Shown one piece after another: positions 25,823 through 34,833 of a DNA stretch of 64,000 nt (position 1 is its first letter; every line of letters starts with the position of its first letter). Below the pieces are notes generated by a model. The model was not told where the DNA came from and made no database searches. It was given only the letters and a program-made list of their open reading frames with translations. Origin of the DNA: a virus (Duplodnaviria; Caudoviricetes). The position numbers were made by a program, and so were the translations under genes. The stretch is from positions 2,018 to 66,017 of IMG/VR virus record IMGVR_UViG_3300016654_000214, one strand, 5' to 3'.

Positions 25823-27031
25823 CTAACCGAAAGTCCCAGTCCTGAATGGATCTTCAACTTGAGCTTGGCGACGATATTCTTTAGCTGCAGAAGAAGCAAC
25901 TTGAGCCTTATACGGATCAAACTCTTGTTTTTGCTCTGATAAACCCGGTCCTGTTTGAGGAGAGTTTTTAAAGGGATCCTGAATCATATAACCTTCTTTA
26001 TCGGAAAACCTGGACCCAGGCGTAATAAGAGGCATGATATTACTTGGGTGATAGGTGCCAGGGGCACGATCCATCCCTCGTGGACTTGCAGGAAGAGCTT
26101 GTGCAACCAAAGCTTCTCCCCGTGGACCCTGAGCTAAAGGTGGTGATTTCAAGCGTACGTTAGTTGGTCTTCCTGCACCAGGATTTGGTACGAACATCTG
26201 CATGTTTTCATCGTACTTAACCGGTGTGCTTGGACCTTGATTTTGAGCAATAGCGTTTAATAACTCACCTCTGGGTCCTTGCGCTTGCTTAATCAAAGTA
26301 TTTAACATTGTTCCAGCAGGAACCACTGGAACGTACTGTTTCATATCCGGATCGTATTTAATTGGAGTTGAATCTCCATACTTAACTCCCTGCGTGGAAG
26401 GAAAAGGGGAAGCAGGAGCATTTTGAGCAACTAAGGTTTCTTGTTTAGAAACGTAATTATCTAAAAATTCTTTTGAATCTTGAATGCCACTAGAAGCTTG
26501 TTGTTGAACAATTTTTAAATTTTTTTGTGTTTCTGGAGTTGTTGTTGCGGTTAGTGCAGCTGTTGGTAAAGCGCGACCGGTTGGCTTGTATCCAGTTGGA
26601 ACTGTTGGTTTTGTAAATTTCCCAATGGTTGAAATTGCGTAATCACTAGAAGCTTTAATCGCTGACTGAAGATCGTCGTAAGCAGCACGAATAGCTGCCG
26701 GATCTTTTAAGCCACTTAAATAAACTGCACGTTTATCTTCTACAGCTTTAGAGAGATCAGCCTGTTTTTGTTTATCAGCTTCTAATGCTTTGTTGTAGGA
26801 ATCTAGTTGTTGCTCGTAGTTATAAAACTCGTCTTCGTTACCGAAGGAAGAAGTTGGCGCTGCATTTTTAGACGCAATAAAACCAGCGTCATAAGCTAAA
26901 CCAGGGAATTTGGATAAAGCCTGGTCATCTGAAATGGTATATCGCCCAATTGGAGTTAACCCTTGGACAGTACTAGCCCAATACTCTGGTCTTTCAAGAC
27001 CACCTGGATATTGGACAATAGTAACGGCCAT
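25823..27031 (-). CDS. Putative internal virion protein with internal duplication
   Basis: 402 aa; STP[IV]KYD...AQGPRGE occurs twice. Confidence 0.6.
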   Translation of the reverse strand: MAVTIVQYPGGLERPEYWASTVQGLTPIGRYTISDDQALSKFPGLAYDAGFIASKNAAPTSSFGNEDEFYNYEQQLDSYNKALEADKQKQADLSKAVEDKRAVYLSGLKDPAAIRAAYDDLQSAIKASSDYAISTIGKFTKPTVPTGYKPTGRALPTAALTATTTPETQKNLKIVQQQASSGIQDSKEFLDNYVSKQETLVAQNAPASPFPSTQGVKYGDSTPIKYDPDMKQYVPVVPAGTMLNTLIKQAQGPRGELLNAIAQNQGPSTPVKYDENMQMFVPNPGAGRPTNVRLKSPPLAQGPRGEALVAQALPASPRGMDRAPGTYHPSNIMPLITPGSRFSDKEGYMIQDPFKNSPQTGPGLSEQKQEFDPYKAQVASSAAKEYRRQAQVEDPFRTGTFG

Positions 27032-27033
27032 GA

Positions 27034-27303
27034 TTAACCAAACCTATTGCTATCAAACAGTTGTTGAAAATCAAATAAGCTAGAAGAAGCGCCAAGATTT
27101 TGATTGCTCATGGGAGCTGTCAATTCTTCCGGCTCATATGGAGAACGGTAAGGTTTTTGACCAGATGCCAAAAGGGTTTGGAACATCTCATCGGATTGAG
27201 TATTAAGAGCACTCATGCGTTTTTTACGCTGCTCTAAAGCTTTGGCCATGCCTTGCTCATTAAGCATTTTGCCAGCCATTGGCATTGGTTGTTTACTGCC
27301 CAT
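27034..27303 (-). CDS. Hypothetical protein
   Basis: 89-aa ORF in the operon. Confidence 0.6.
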   Translation of the reverse strand: MGSKQPMPMAGKMLNEQGMAKALEQRKKRMSALNTQSDEMFQTLLASGQKPYRSPYEPEELTAPMSNQNLGASSSLFDFQQLFDSNRFG

Positions 27304-27460
27304 TATTTTGCCTCTTACGTTTTTGTTCTTGATATTTACGAGCCTTATCTAAAGCTGCCTTACGTTTTTCGTTATCAGACATCTCTGAGCCATCTTCATT
27401 CTTGGCTTCTTTTTTCTTGAAGTGTTCAAGAAGTTCAGGTGGCATTTTATTTTTTGACAT
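27293..27460 (-). CDS. Small charged protein (55 aa)
   Basis: Manual translation MSKNKMPPELLEHFKKKEAKNEDGSEMSDNEKRKAALDKARKYQEQKRKRQNNGQ. Confidence 0.6.
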   Translation of the reverse strand: MSKNKMPPELLEHFKKKEAKNEDGSEMSDNEKRKAALDKARKYQEQKRKRQNNGQ

Positions 27461-27475
27461 ATCAAAATCCTAATA

Positions 27476-28069
27476 TCAGCGGCGGCTCCGCAGACGTTGA
27501 ATCATCTGTTGATATTCAGGAGTGCCACGCTCTGGCATACGGGTCGTACGGCCTGGTCCAAACACCACACCGGAACGAAGACCAGCACCTTGGCCAGCAC
27601 CACCAAACGGAGCGCCAAAGACGGTTGCTCCACGTTCAACAGCGCCACCAGGAGTTACATCAGCAGTACCAGCACGCTGAGCTTCACCACGCTGGAAATC
27701 GCGATACATTTCTTCCCGACGACCGGTGCGATCACGCTGAGCGGTAATCTCTTGCCGACGGAAAGAGGCTTCTTCAAGCCCAGCAGGTGGGGCAACTGCA
27801 GCACGCTGAGGGCCTTCTTGAGGGAACATCGATGCTGGCCCGGCTTGCCCGCCTTGAGCAGCTGCTTCACGTTGCTTAGCCAGTTCAAATTCCATGCGCT
27901 TGCGAGCTTCAAACTCAGCCTGCATCTGACGTTGACGCTCAATCTCCATCCGTTGACGATCTTCGCCGGGAGGCCTAACACCTGGAGCAGGGCGTTGCCC
28001 GGCAAAACCAGGGCGCCCACCAGGAGTCGCACCACCTTGAGGAATTTGACCGGGAGTACCAGCGCCCAT
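27476..28069 (-). CDS. Gly/Pro/Arg/Gln-rich virion protein
   Basis: 197-aa low-complexity ORF on the structural strand. Confidence 0.6.
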   Translation of the reverse strand: MGAGTPGQIPQGGATPGGRPGFAGQRPAPGVRPPGEDRQRMEIERQRQMQAEFEARKRMEFELAKQREAAAQGGQAGPASMFPQEGPQRAAVAPPAGLEEASFRRQEITAQRDRTGRREEMYRDFQRGEAQRAGTADVTPGGAVERGATVFGAPFGGAGQGAGLRSGVVFGPGRTTRMPERGTPEYQQMIQRLRSRR

Positions 28070-28109
28070 GTTTTTCTATCCGTTAACTAATATTTTAGTT
28101 GGAGTAACT

Positions 28110-28727
28110 TTACTCTTCTAGTTGCATTCTAGCCCATACACTCATTGATGCTTCCTGCAAAGGACCTTCAATTGGATCATCCTTAAAAATAAACATCAAC
28201 TCACGAATGGCTCGGTCAGCACCAGCCATCAGTAAACCTTTGCGATCTCGAGTAGTGGTGAACTGTTCAATTTGAGCAATGGCGCCACGTAATTCTTTTT
28301 GCATGCTGGCAATACGCGCAACACCTGCATCGCGTTTTACCACTTCCATTTCAACCGCATCACGCAACTTGCGGATGTCCTCTTGCATTTCTTCAATTTC
28401 GTACAGGAGGGTTTTGCGGTGATCAGCTTTTTTGTAATTGCTGTTGACCCATAAATCGCATGCAACAATGCTTCCCGTATACCCAAGGAAACGGGCATAC
28501 AGAAAGCATTCAATTACTGAATTATTGTCTTTTGCAAAAGAGCAGAAAGATTCCTGTACTGATGCATCAAGGTTGTCGACCCACTGGTCGAAGACCTCAA
28601 TATCGATAAGCTCGTTGGGCCTGACCGTAGTCTCGAGCTTCGTCCTGCTGCTTGAACTCTTGTTGTTGTGTAGCAGAGGTTCGTTGCTCTTGGGCTCCTT
28701 TGCCAATTGTTTCTCGTTCTTGAGCAC
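28110..28727 (-). CDS. Putative terminase small subunit-like helical protein
   Basis: GGAGG SD 6 nt before GTG 28727; N-terminal helical/HTH-like part plus coiled coil; upstream of TerL. Function is inferred. Confidence 0.45.
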   Translation of the reverse strand: MLKNEKQLAKEPKSNEPLLHNNKSSSSRTKLETTVRPNELIDIEVFDQWVDNLDASVQESFCSFAKDNNSVIECFLYARFLGYTGSIVACDLWVNSNYKKADHRKTLLYEIEEMQEDIRKLRDAVEMEVVKRDAGVARIASMQKELRGAIAQIEQFTTTRDRKGLLMAGADRAIRELMFIFKDDPIEGPLQEASMSVWARMQLEE

Positions 28728-28854
28728 CAGTTTCCTCCATCTTCTTCTTTGAGAATTCGTAGGCTACACCAGCCGCCTGGCGATATTTGTCAATATCAAA
28801 CCAGTCATCAGCACTATAAGTGCTAGTGATGTCCGTGGGAGATGTTGTAGCCAT
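28597..28854 (-). CDS. Small coiled-coil virion-like protein
   Basis: 85 aa; DDWFDIDKY motif shared with the neighbouring 55-aa ORF. Confidence 0.6.
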   Translation of the reverse strand: MATTSPTDITSTYSADDWFDIDKYRQAAGVAYEFSKKKMEETGAQERETIGKGAQEQRTSATQQQEFKQQDEARDYGQAQRAYRY

Positions 28855-28868
28855 CCTAATAGCTCAAA

Positions 28869-29036
28869 TCAGAAGTTGCTCATCATGCCAGCCAGACCGG
28901 TGGCAAAGATGTCGCGGCGGCCTTCGACGCTCTTTTGACGCTGCTGACGCTGCTTGGATGCCTCAAGGCGATCCAGCAGTTGCTCAAACTTGTTGATATC
29001 AAAATAGTCGTCGGTTGTGTTGCCAGTGACAGTCAT
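28869..29036 (-). CDS. Small protein (55 aa), paralogue-like of the downstream gene
   Basis: Manual translation MTVTGNTTDDYFDINKFEQLLDRLEASKQRQQRQKSVEGRRDIFATGLAGMMSNF; strong codon bias. Confidence 0.7.
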   Translation of the reverse strand: MTVTGNTTDDYFDINKFEQLLDRLEASKQRQQRQKSVEGRRDIFATGLAGMMSNF

Positions 29037-29078
29037 GATTCTTCCATAACCAATGAACTAATTATAAGAGGTATTTTC

Positions 29079-30212
29079 CTAGAAATTAAACGCACTTACC
29101 AGACTCTTATAAATATCACCCTGTGCAGCAATCTTCTGCACTTCCTTGGCACCTTCATTTTTGAGCTTCTGGGTTTCTTTGTCGATGTCACCCTGAAGAT
29201 TGGTCAAGCCAGCACTGTAAAGAAACTGGCGAGAGTCGCGTACATTCTGCAGCTGTTGCTCCAGCTCTGCAGGAGTTCCTTCAAAGGTATCCTGAAAGGT
29301 AGGAAGCGTAACTTGCGTTTTAGCAGCCAGATCTCCGCCATAGGTTGGCAGAAGGCTCTTATCAAACTTAAAAATGCGCTTGCCAGTACCAACACCTTGA
29401 GCATCCTTAATTTCGTCACCATACATGGTGTCGTAATAAGAATCCAAGTAGCTGCGGTTGAACTTCTTCTGATACTCCTGGCCTTTATAAAGAGACTCTT
29501 TGAGGTCATTAACGGTCTGGTAGTAACCGCCTTTGAAACGCTCAAGGCCAGCAGCTTTTTCTTCTTCGGTTGCTTTACGGCCCAGGATTTCTTCATAGGC
29601 TGCACCAAGACCAGTTTCAAACCGTTTAGGTGCAATCTCTTCGGAATACAGCTTGGCAAATTGGCTAACATCGCCTTCTTTGCCAGGCATCTCATATTTG
29701 GTTGTGTATTCCCGCAGATAATCTTGAGCTTGCGTGAAGTTAATTAAACCGCCACGCAGTTGGCTTTCAATAGAAGCTTTAAATGGATCGTAACCAGCTT
29801 CGGCAGAAGCTTTACGAGCAGCTTCGGCTTGAGCAGCAGCCTGCTCTTTTGCAAGGATTCGATCTTCTTCTCTTGTTGATTTAGCACGATAAAAGGCTTT
29901 GTCTGCCTCTGCTAAACGCATTTGCTCCTGCTGGAGCCCATACAGCTGAGCATCACGTTGAGTTTGATACGCCAGCTGTTGCTGAGCCATCGTTTCATTA
30001 AACGATGCAGCACGGGTGGCACGTTCGTCAGCTTTAAGATCTAAAACGTTACGACGTTCGTTAGCAAGCTTTTGCTCAGCAAGAACTGCATTACGATATA
30101 CCTCTTGACGAGCAGCTTCTTCCCGCTCAAACTTCAGCTCTTCTTCACGAACTCTGCGTTGTTCGGCCGCAACTTGGGCTGAATTGTCGCGTCCACCTCC
30201 ACCGCCACCCAT
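29079..30212 (-). CDS. Putative ejection/internal core protein
   Basis: MGGGGGG N-terminus and long Ala/Glu/Gln coiled coil. Confidence 0.55.
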   Translation of the reverse strand: MGGGGGGRDNSAQVAAEQRRVREEELKFEREEAARQEVYRNAVLAEQKLANERRNVLDLKADERATRAASFNETMAQQQLAYQTQRDAQLYGLQQEQMRLAEADKAFYRAKSTREEDRILAKEQAAAQAEAARKASAEAGYDPFKASIESQLRGGLINFTQAQDYLREYTTKYEMPGKEGDVSQFAKLYSEEIAPKRFETGLGAAYEEILGRKATEEEKAAGLERFKGGYYQTVNDLKESLYKGQEYQKKFNRSYLDSYYDTMYGDEIKDAQGVGTGKRIFKFDKSLLPTYGGDLAAKTQVTLPTFQDTFEGTPAELEQQLQNVRDSRQFLYSAGLTNLQGDIDKETQKLKNEGAKEVQKIAAQGDIYKSLVSAFNF

Positions 30213-30254
30213 ATCTAATAATTGCCAGGAATTGTTTTTATTTTAGCCCAGGCC

Positions 30255-30938
30255 TTACACATAAGGACCAAAGCCAGCAGAGTAGTTGCCAAACATCTTA
30301 TCCAAAACACCACGATTGATTGCAACGGCTTCTTTAATACGGCCTTCACGTTCCTTGCGTGACAGTTCACGAGCCTCTGGAGAAAGACCAATACCAATAG
30401 CCTGGCGTTGGCGATACCCTTGCTCAGCAGTCTCCATAGGATCTTGGAAGAATGCCCTGAATTTGCCAGCGCGTTCAGCAAGTTGTTGATTTTGAGTATT
30501 TAACAAACTGTTGTTGGCAAACATATTGTCTGCCATTCGAAGTTGATTACTGGTATCAATAACAGAATTAAGAGCATCCATTGATTTACCAGCCAACATG
30601 CCACGCATCTGGCCAGCTTGTTCAATTTGACTGCGTTGAATGTCACCCTGATTTTTTGTCAGGAAAGCATTCATGCCATAAATATAATTATCAGTGCGGG
30701 CATCTTGACCCGCTTTCATATTTAACAGATCAGCAATATTGCGATACCCACGATCCAGGCGGTTTTGGCCCATCGCCATGGATGTGCCATACAACGAGCC
30801 CAACGAAGCAACGTTGGATGCGTTGGCCATAATTTGGGCGGCACGCTCTTGGGCTTGGCCTTGGAAAATTCCACCGACCACATTGCCGATAGCTCCTAAT
30901 CCGAAGCCACCGAACGTTGCCCAATCAAATCCTGCCAT
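30255..30938 (-). CDS. Putative DNA pilot/ejection protein
   Basis: Gly-rich hydrophobic N-terminus (FGGFGLGAIGNVVGGIFQG) followed by Gln/Ala helices. Confidence 0.55.
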   Translation of the reverse strand: MAGFDWATFGGFGLGAIGNVVGGIFQGQAQERAAQIMANASNVASLGSLYGTSMAMGQNRLDRGYRNIADLLNMKAGQDARTDNYIYGMNAFLTKNQGDIQRSQIEQAGQMRGMLAGKSMDALNSVIDTSNQLRMADNMFANNSLLNTQNQQLAERAGKFRAFFQDPMETAEQGYRQRQAIGIGLSPEARELSRKEREGRIKEAVAINRGVLDKMFGNYSAGFGPYV

Positions 30939-30969
30939 ACCGCCGACCTTTCTGTAGCTTTATTTTAAA

Positions 30970-31503
30970 TCAGAAATATGTTGAAGCTTGAGCGGCTTGA
31001 ACGGCAGGGATTGCCATTGGAGTACGGGCAGCTGCATAAGCAGCGGCCATACGATCCCCAGCACCAGCCAACATATCAGCTGAATATCGAGCAGCCTCTG
31101 GCGTGCCGTAGGGATTAAAGGACATTGCAATGCCCCTGGTTAAATTCTCAAGCCCACTGGTCATCGTATTAAAAGCTAACGATTTCCAGCCTTTTTTAGT
31201 TTGGTATTTATCTGCCAGCTCAAGTTGTTTTTCTTGCCATGCAGGATCAAACTGCATCAGGCTAGGAGCCATCAACGACTTGACGGTCAAGAAATTCATA
31301 AAGCCTTCGCGGTCTTTCTCGGGAACCCCTTGAAAGAATTTTTGAAAGCTTTCGTAATCTCCTTGACCAAAAAGGTTATTAGCACCAAAACCAGCTAACG
31401 GAGTAGAAGTAGCGGCGGCAGGAGAAGAACCTTGAAGGGCGCCGGCGCTTTCAGGAGAAAGATATCCGGCCCATTTTCCTGCATTAAAGGAGGAAGCGGC
31501 CAT
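30970..31503 (-). CDS. Putative ejection/internal virion protein
   Basis: 177 aa, Ala/Gly-rich, in the block. Confidence 0.5.
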   Translation of the reverse strand: MAASSFNAGKWAGYLSPESAGALQGSSPAAATSTPLAGFGANNLFGQGDYESFQKFFQGVPEKDREGFMNFLTVKSLMAPSLMQFDPAWQEKQLELADKYQTKKGWKSLAFNTMTSGLENLTRGIAMSFNPYGTPEAARYSADMLAGAGDRMAAAYAAARTPMAIPAVQAAQASTYF

Positions 31504-31506
31504 GGA

Positions 31507-32367
31507 TCAATACCGGAAGGTGGAAGAAGCGTAAGGATTACTGGTCATCATAGTCCGCAAGTTTTCACCGGCTTGGGCCTGAGCGCCACCAGCAAGCTGG
31601 AAGGCATACTGCTGACGGTTCAAAGCACCGGTCAGTTGACCAAGTTGTTGGTTCAGCTGCATTTGACGCTGCATGTCAGCGTTCTTCATCTGGTTTGCAT
31701 AAGGCATCAGGGCAGCAGCCTGCTGAGCCGGAATGTCCACGCCAGTCAGACGCATCAGTTCAGCAATCTGACGCTGCTCACCGGAAAGATTAGAAAGACC
31801 AACGCCTTGCGCTTGGCCAGGAATAAGGCCAGGAGTTTGACCTGCTTCGCGTTCACGTTGACCTTGGCCGGAAATGGCTTCCATTGCCTTACCTGGCAGG
31901 GAAGCGATAGCACCGGTCAGACCAGCGGCACCAGCGCCAAGAGCAGCTTGGGTTGCGCCACCAATCAGAGGAGCGGCCAGTTTGGCAGGGCCAGGAAGCA
32001 TGGCAGCAGCGCCACGAGTAACGGCAGCACCAACTGGAGCAGCAGCACGGGTAGCAACAGCGCCAGCGCCAACTTGAGCAGCACCGGTCAAGGTCTGGCC
32101 AAGATCACCACCGGAGATTCCACCCATAACGTTGGAAACACCAGGAGCAACGGCAGCACCATATTTAGCAGCAGTGCCAACGGCAGAGCCGGCGCCTTTG
32201 AGTTTATTGAGCAGTTCTTGGAAGAACCGTGGATCTTGACCGCCAGGAGAACCCGGAGCGCCTAAACCACCAGAGAGGGCGCCAGCGCTGGAGGGCACTA
32301 ATGCTCCGCCGGGAACACCCGACTGAGGCGCTTGAGGGGACCCAGTTGGGTAACCGACGTAAGCCAT
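31507..32367 (-). CDS. Putative ejection (DNA transfer) protein with glycine zippers
   Basis: Gly/Ala-rich hydrophobic core plus Gln-rich C-terminal helices. Confidence 0.55.
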   Translation of the reverse strand: MAYVGYPTGSPQAPQSGVPGGALVPSSAGALSGGLGAPGSPGGQDPRFFQELLNKLKGAGSAVGTAAKYGAAVAPGVSNVMGGISGGDLGQTLTGAAQVGAGAVATRAAAPVGAAVTRGAAAMLPGPAKLAAPLIGGATQAALGAGAAGLTGAIASLPGKAMEAISGQGQREREAGQTPGLIPGQAQGVGLSNLSGEQRQIAELMRLTGVDIPAQQAAALMPYANQMKNADMQRQMQLNQQLGQLTGALNRQQYAFQLAGGAQAQAGENLRTMMTSNPYASSTFRY

Positions 32368-32411
32368 ATCTAAAACTGACGTATGTTTCTAGATGATTTA
32401 ATTTTATCAGC

Positions 32412-33323
32412 CTACATACCTTGCTGATAATCTTGCAGTTCTTCTAATTGTGGACGATTTGCAGTAGCAATAACTTCATTAATTAAATTACCTGCTGCCA
32501 CACCAGCAACAGAACCTGCAAGGCCGCCAATTACACCACGAATGGCGCGTTGACGTGGGGTTCCAGCACTGGCCACTGCTTTAGATGCAGCAATTGAACC
32601 GGCAGTAAAGCCGCCCACCATTGGAATCGTCACTGGGAAACCCAGCATGCGAGCTTCTGGATACCCTTGCAGATTTTCAGAAGTTGCTTTAACAATTCCC
32701 AAATCAAGCAAACCTTTATCGTTGTAAAGGAAATTTTGATAGTTGGCGTAACGCTGTGGCGTTAAAGAAGGAATATCCTCTTTTGCAGTGGCGTACTTAA
32801 GTGGTTCGCCAGTACGGCCCATGAAGAAACGCTCAACCAACTCTTGCGCAGGTTGTGCAGTTTCTCTGCGATCTTCTGTGCCAGGTTCAGAGTACGTTTG
32901 AGCGTAACCAGGAGGACGAAAAAGTTGGCCCGGATTTAAAACGTTGTAAGTACCGGCAGCAGAGATGGATGGAATAGCAACTGCCAGTGCAGCTGCGGCG
33001 CGAGCTGTTGGAGATTCAATATCACGAACCCCTGCTTCCACTCCTTTTTGAGCTACGGCCAGTGGATGGTTATAACGCCACCAGTATGTGCGAGTTCCGT
33101 CGTTTGCTGCATCAACAATTAAACGAGATGCATATGCACCTAAAAATTGAGCTGGGTTCTCTCGAAGCGTAACGCCTTGTGCAGCAACAGCTCGTTTAAA
33201 ACGTGGATCTAAAATGCTCTGACCGTAACCAAGGCCAGTAGTTTTGCTCATTGATTGAGCAACATCTGCTTTTTTAGCGCCGGTTTTAATATCTTCAATA
33301 ATGTTCTTGATTTGAAAATTCAT
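32412..33323 (-). CDS. Putative membrane-inserting virion protein
   Basis: 303 aa; glycine zipper GVIGGLAGSVAGVAAG. Confidence 0.5.
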   Translation of the reverse strand: MNFQIKNIIEDIKTGAKKADVAQSMSKTTGLGYGQSILDPRFKRAVAAQGVTLRENPAQFLGAYASRLIVDAANDGTRTYWWRYNHPLAVAQKGVEAGVRDIESPTARAAAALAVAIPSISAAGTYNVLNPGQLFRPPGYAQTYSEPGTEDRRETAQPAQELVERFFMGRTGEPLKYATAKEDIPSLTPQRYANYQNFLYNDKGLLDLGIVKATSENLQGYPEARMLGFPVTIPMVGGFTAGSIAASKAVASAGTPRQRAIRGVIGGLAGSVAGVAAGNLINEVIATANRPQLEELQDYQQGM

Positions 33324-33934
33324 CGGAGTGCGCCTCCGCTCATGATGCCGTACGGATCAAGAGAGGGATCAACGCGTCCCAAGGTTGACTCAATACCTTG
33401 CATTTGGAACATCGTGCCAGGCGATAAAGCTTCTCCTTTTAAGTTATTAATTAAATCCCGTTGCAGTAATTGTTGTTCAGCAGTAGCCGTTTGATCCATT
33501 ACCACAGGTTCAGCCATCAGCTGTTGCAGTTGCTGTTGCGACAAGCTTGCAATTTCAGAACCTGCATACATCGGAGCCGTAGCTACAGCAGCACCAACAC
33601 TTCCACCGCCCATAGCAATGTGCTGAAGCACTGAAAGCTCATTTGGTTTGGCGCCAGCTAAAAATTGAGCTGCCCGTTGCCCCGTAACTTTTGATAAAGC
33701 TTCTGGCGTAACTTTACCTGCCAACCGACCCGCAGCCGTAGCCAAACCAAGATCTAAGGCACCGGTTGCAAGTGATGCTGGTACACCGCCGCCGGCAAGC
33801 ATCGTAAAGCCACCACCAAGTACAGCACCTGGAACAGATGCACGCATGACTTCTTTGGTTGCAGGCGCCATCATTGCCTGGCCCATGCGAGAGCCAAGGA
33901 TTCGCTGCAATGCTTTACCCGCAAGTTGAATCAT
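33320..33934 (-). CDS. Putative membrane-inserting virion protein
   Basis: 204 aa; Gly/Ala hydrophobic helices. Confidence 0.5.
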   Translation of the reverse strand: MIQLAGKALQRILGSRMGQAMMAPATKEVMRASVPGAVLGGGFTMLAGGGVPASLATGALDLGLATAAGRLAGKVTPEALSKVTGQRAAQFLAGAKPNELSVLQHIAMGGGSVGAAVATAPMYAGSEIASLSQQQLQQLMAEPVVMDQTATAEQQLLQRDLINNLKGEALSPGTMFQMQGIESTLGRVDPSLDPYGIMSGGALR

Positions 33935-33973
33935 GTTATTGGCGCCCTTTTAATTATTATATTCCGCTTAGTT

Positions 33974-34603
33974 TTAAGTATCTGCAGCGGTTTGGTTGAC
34001 TTCGGTTTGACCTTGATTCTCTTCTTTCTTTACCGCCAACGGTTTCATCACCCCCCGGCGATCCAGCAGCTGAGCGATTGACATCTTTCCTTTGTCTTCG
34101 TTCTCTACACGATTCTCCGCCGCCGCCATCAGATAACCATTGGGATCCGGGTTCTTGATGCGCGGCATTGGATTCTTTGCCGTTTTATCTGGTTTAATAG
34201 TTGGACTCAAACGGTAAGCCTCTACCCACGTTGGGTTAAAGTCCGGTTGATCTTGCGGACGCTGCGGTGTAATTGGACGGCCTTCGTTGAAATCGTACGC
34301 AGTAGGACGGTCAAAACGTCCCAAGCCCTCAAATAGTTCGTATTCAGGTGTAACAGCTTCGTTCTGATCAAAGAACGGTGCGTTACCAACAAAATTAAGA
34401 CCAGGGTTCAGATTACGCTTGCGCGTCATCATCCGCTTGGTTAAATCTTGTTGTTTAAATCGGGATGGGTTCCAAGGATATTCGCCAGTTTCAGGTTTTG
34501 CCCGAAACAATTCATCAAAATCTAAATTCTTTCGAATTCGACCTTGTGTATTAAATGGGTTAGTGATATATCGACCAAGATCAAGCCGATCATCTTGTGC
34601 CAT
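33974..34603 (-). CDS. Hypothetical virion-module protein
   Basis: 209-aa ORF, coupled. Confidence 0.6.
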   Translation of the reverse strand: MAQDDRLDLGRYITNPFNTQGRIRKNLDFDELFRAKPETGEYPWNPSRFKQQDLTKRMMTRKRNLNPGLNFVGNAPFFDQNEAVTPEYELFEGLGRFDRPTAYDFNEGRPITPQRPQDQPDFNPTWVEAYRLSPTIKPDKTAKNPMPRIKNPDPNGYLMAAAENRVENEDKGKMSIAQLLDRRGVMKPLAVKKEENQGQTEVNQTAADT

Positions 34604-34833
34604 TAACTTTCAGCCTTTGCTTCTTTTTTCTTCTTGTGTAATCCTACCAGCGTCTTGCGAAGGTTTGCTTGTTTCACAGTTTTCTCGTCGTATTTCTCAG
34701 GATTGCTTAAAACATTTTCCTGAAGTTGAGCAGTGGTAATTCCTTTCTTTTTGGCTTTGGCAGTGAAGGCACCTTCCTTCATGTCCATGCCTTGAATCCA
34801 CTTCTTTTCTTTTTTGCTTTTGTCTTCAGCCAT
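34603..34833 (-). CDS. Small basic protein
   Basis: KKWIQG...GAFTAKAKK...ANLRKTL pattern seen in small phage basic proteins. Confidence 0.6.
   Translation of the reverse strand: MAEDKSKKEKKWIQGMDMKEGAFTAKAKKKGITTAQLQENVLSNPEKYDEKTVKQANLRKTLVGLHKKKKEAKAES

Noticed and set aside
28935-29747. 270-aa plus-strand ORF
   Set aside because: Antisense to three well-supported minus-strand genes.
31432-32265. 277-aa plus-strand ORF
   Set aside because: Antisense shadow of a Gly/Ala-rich gene; low-complexity translation.
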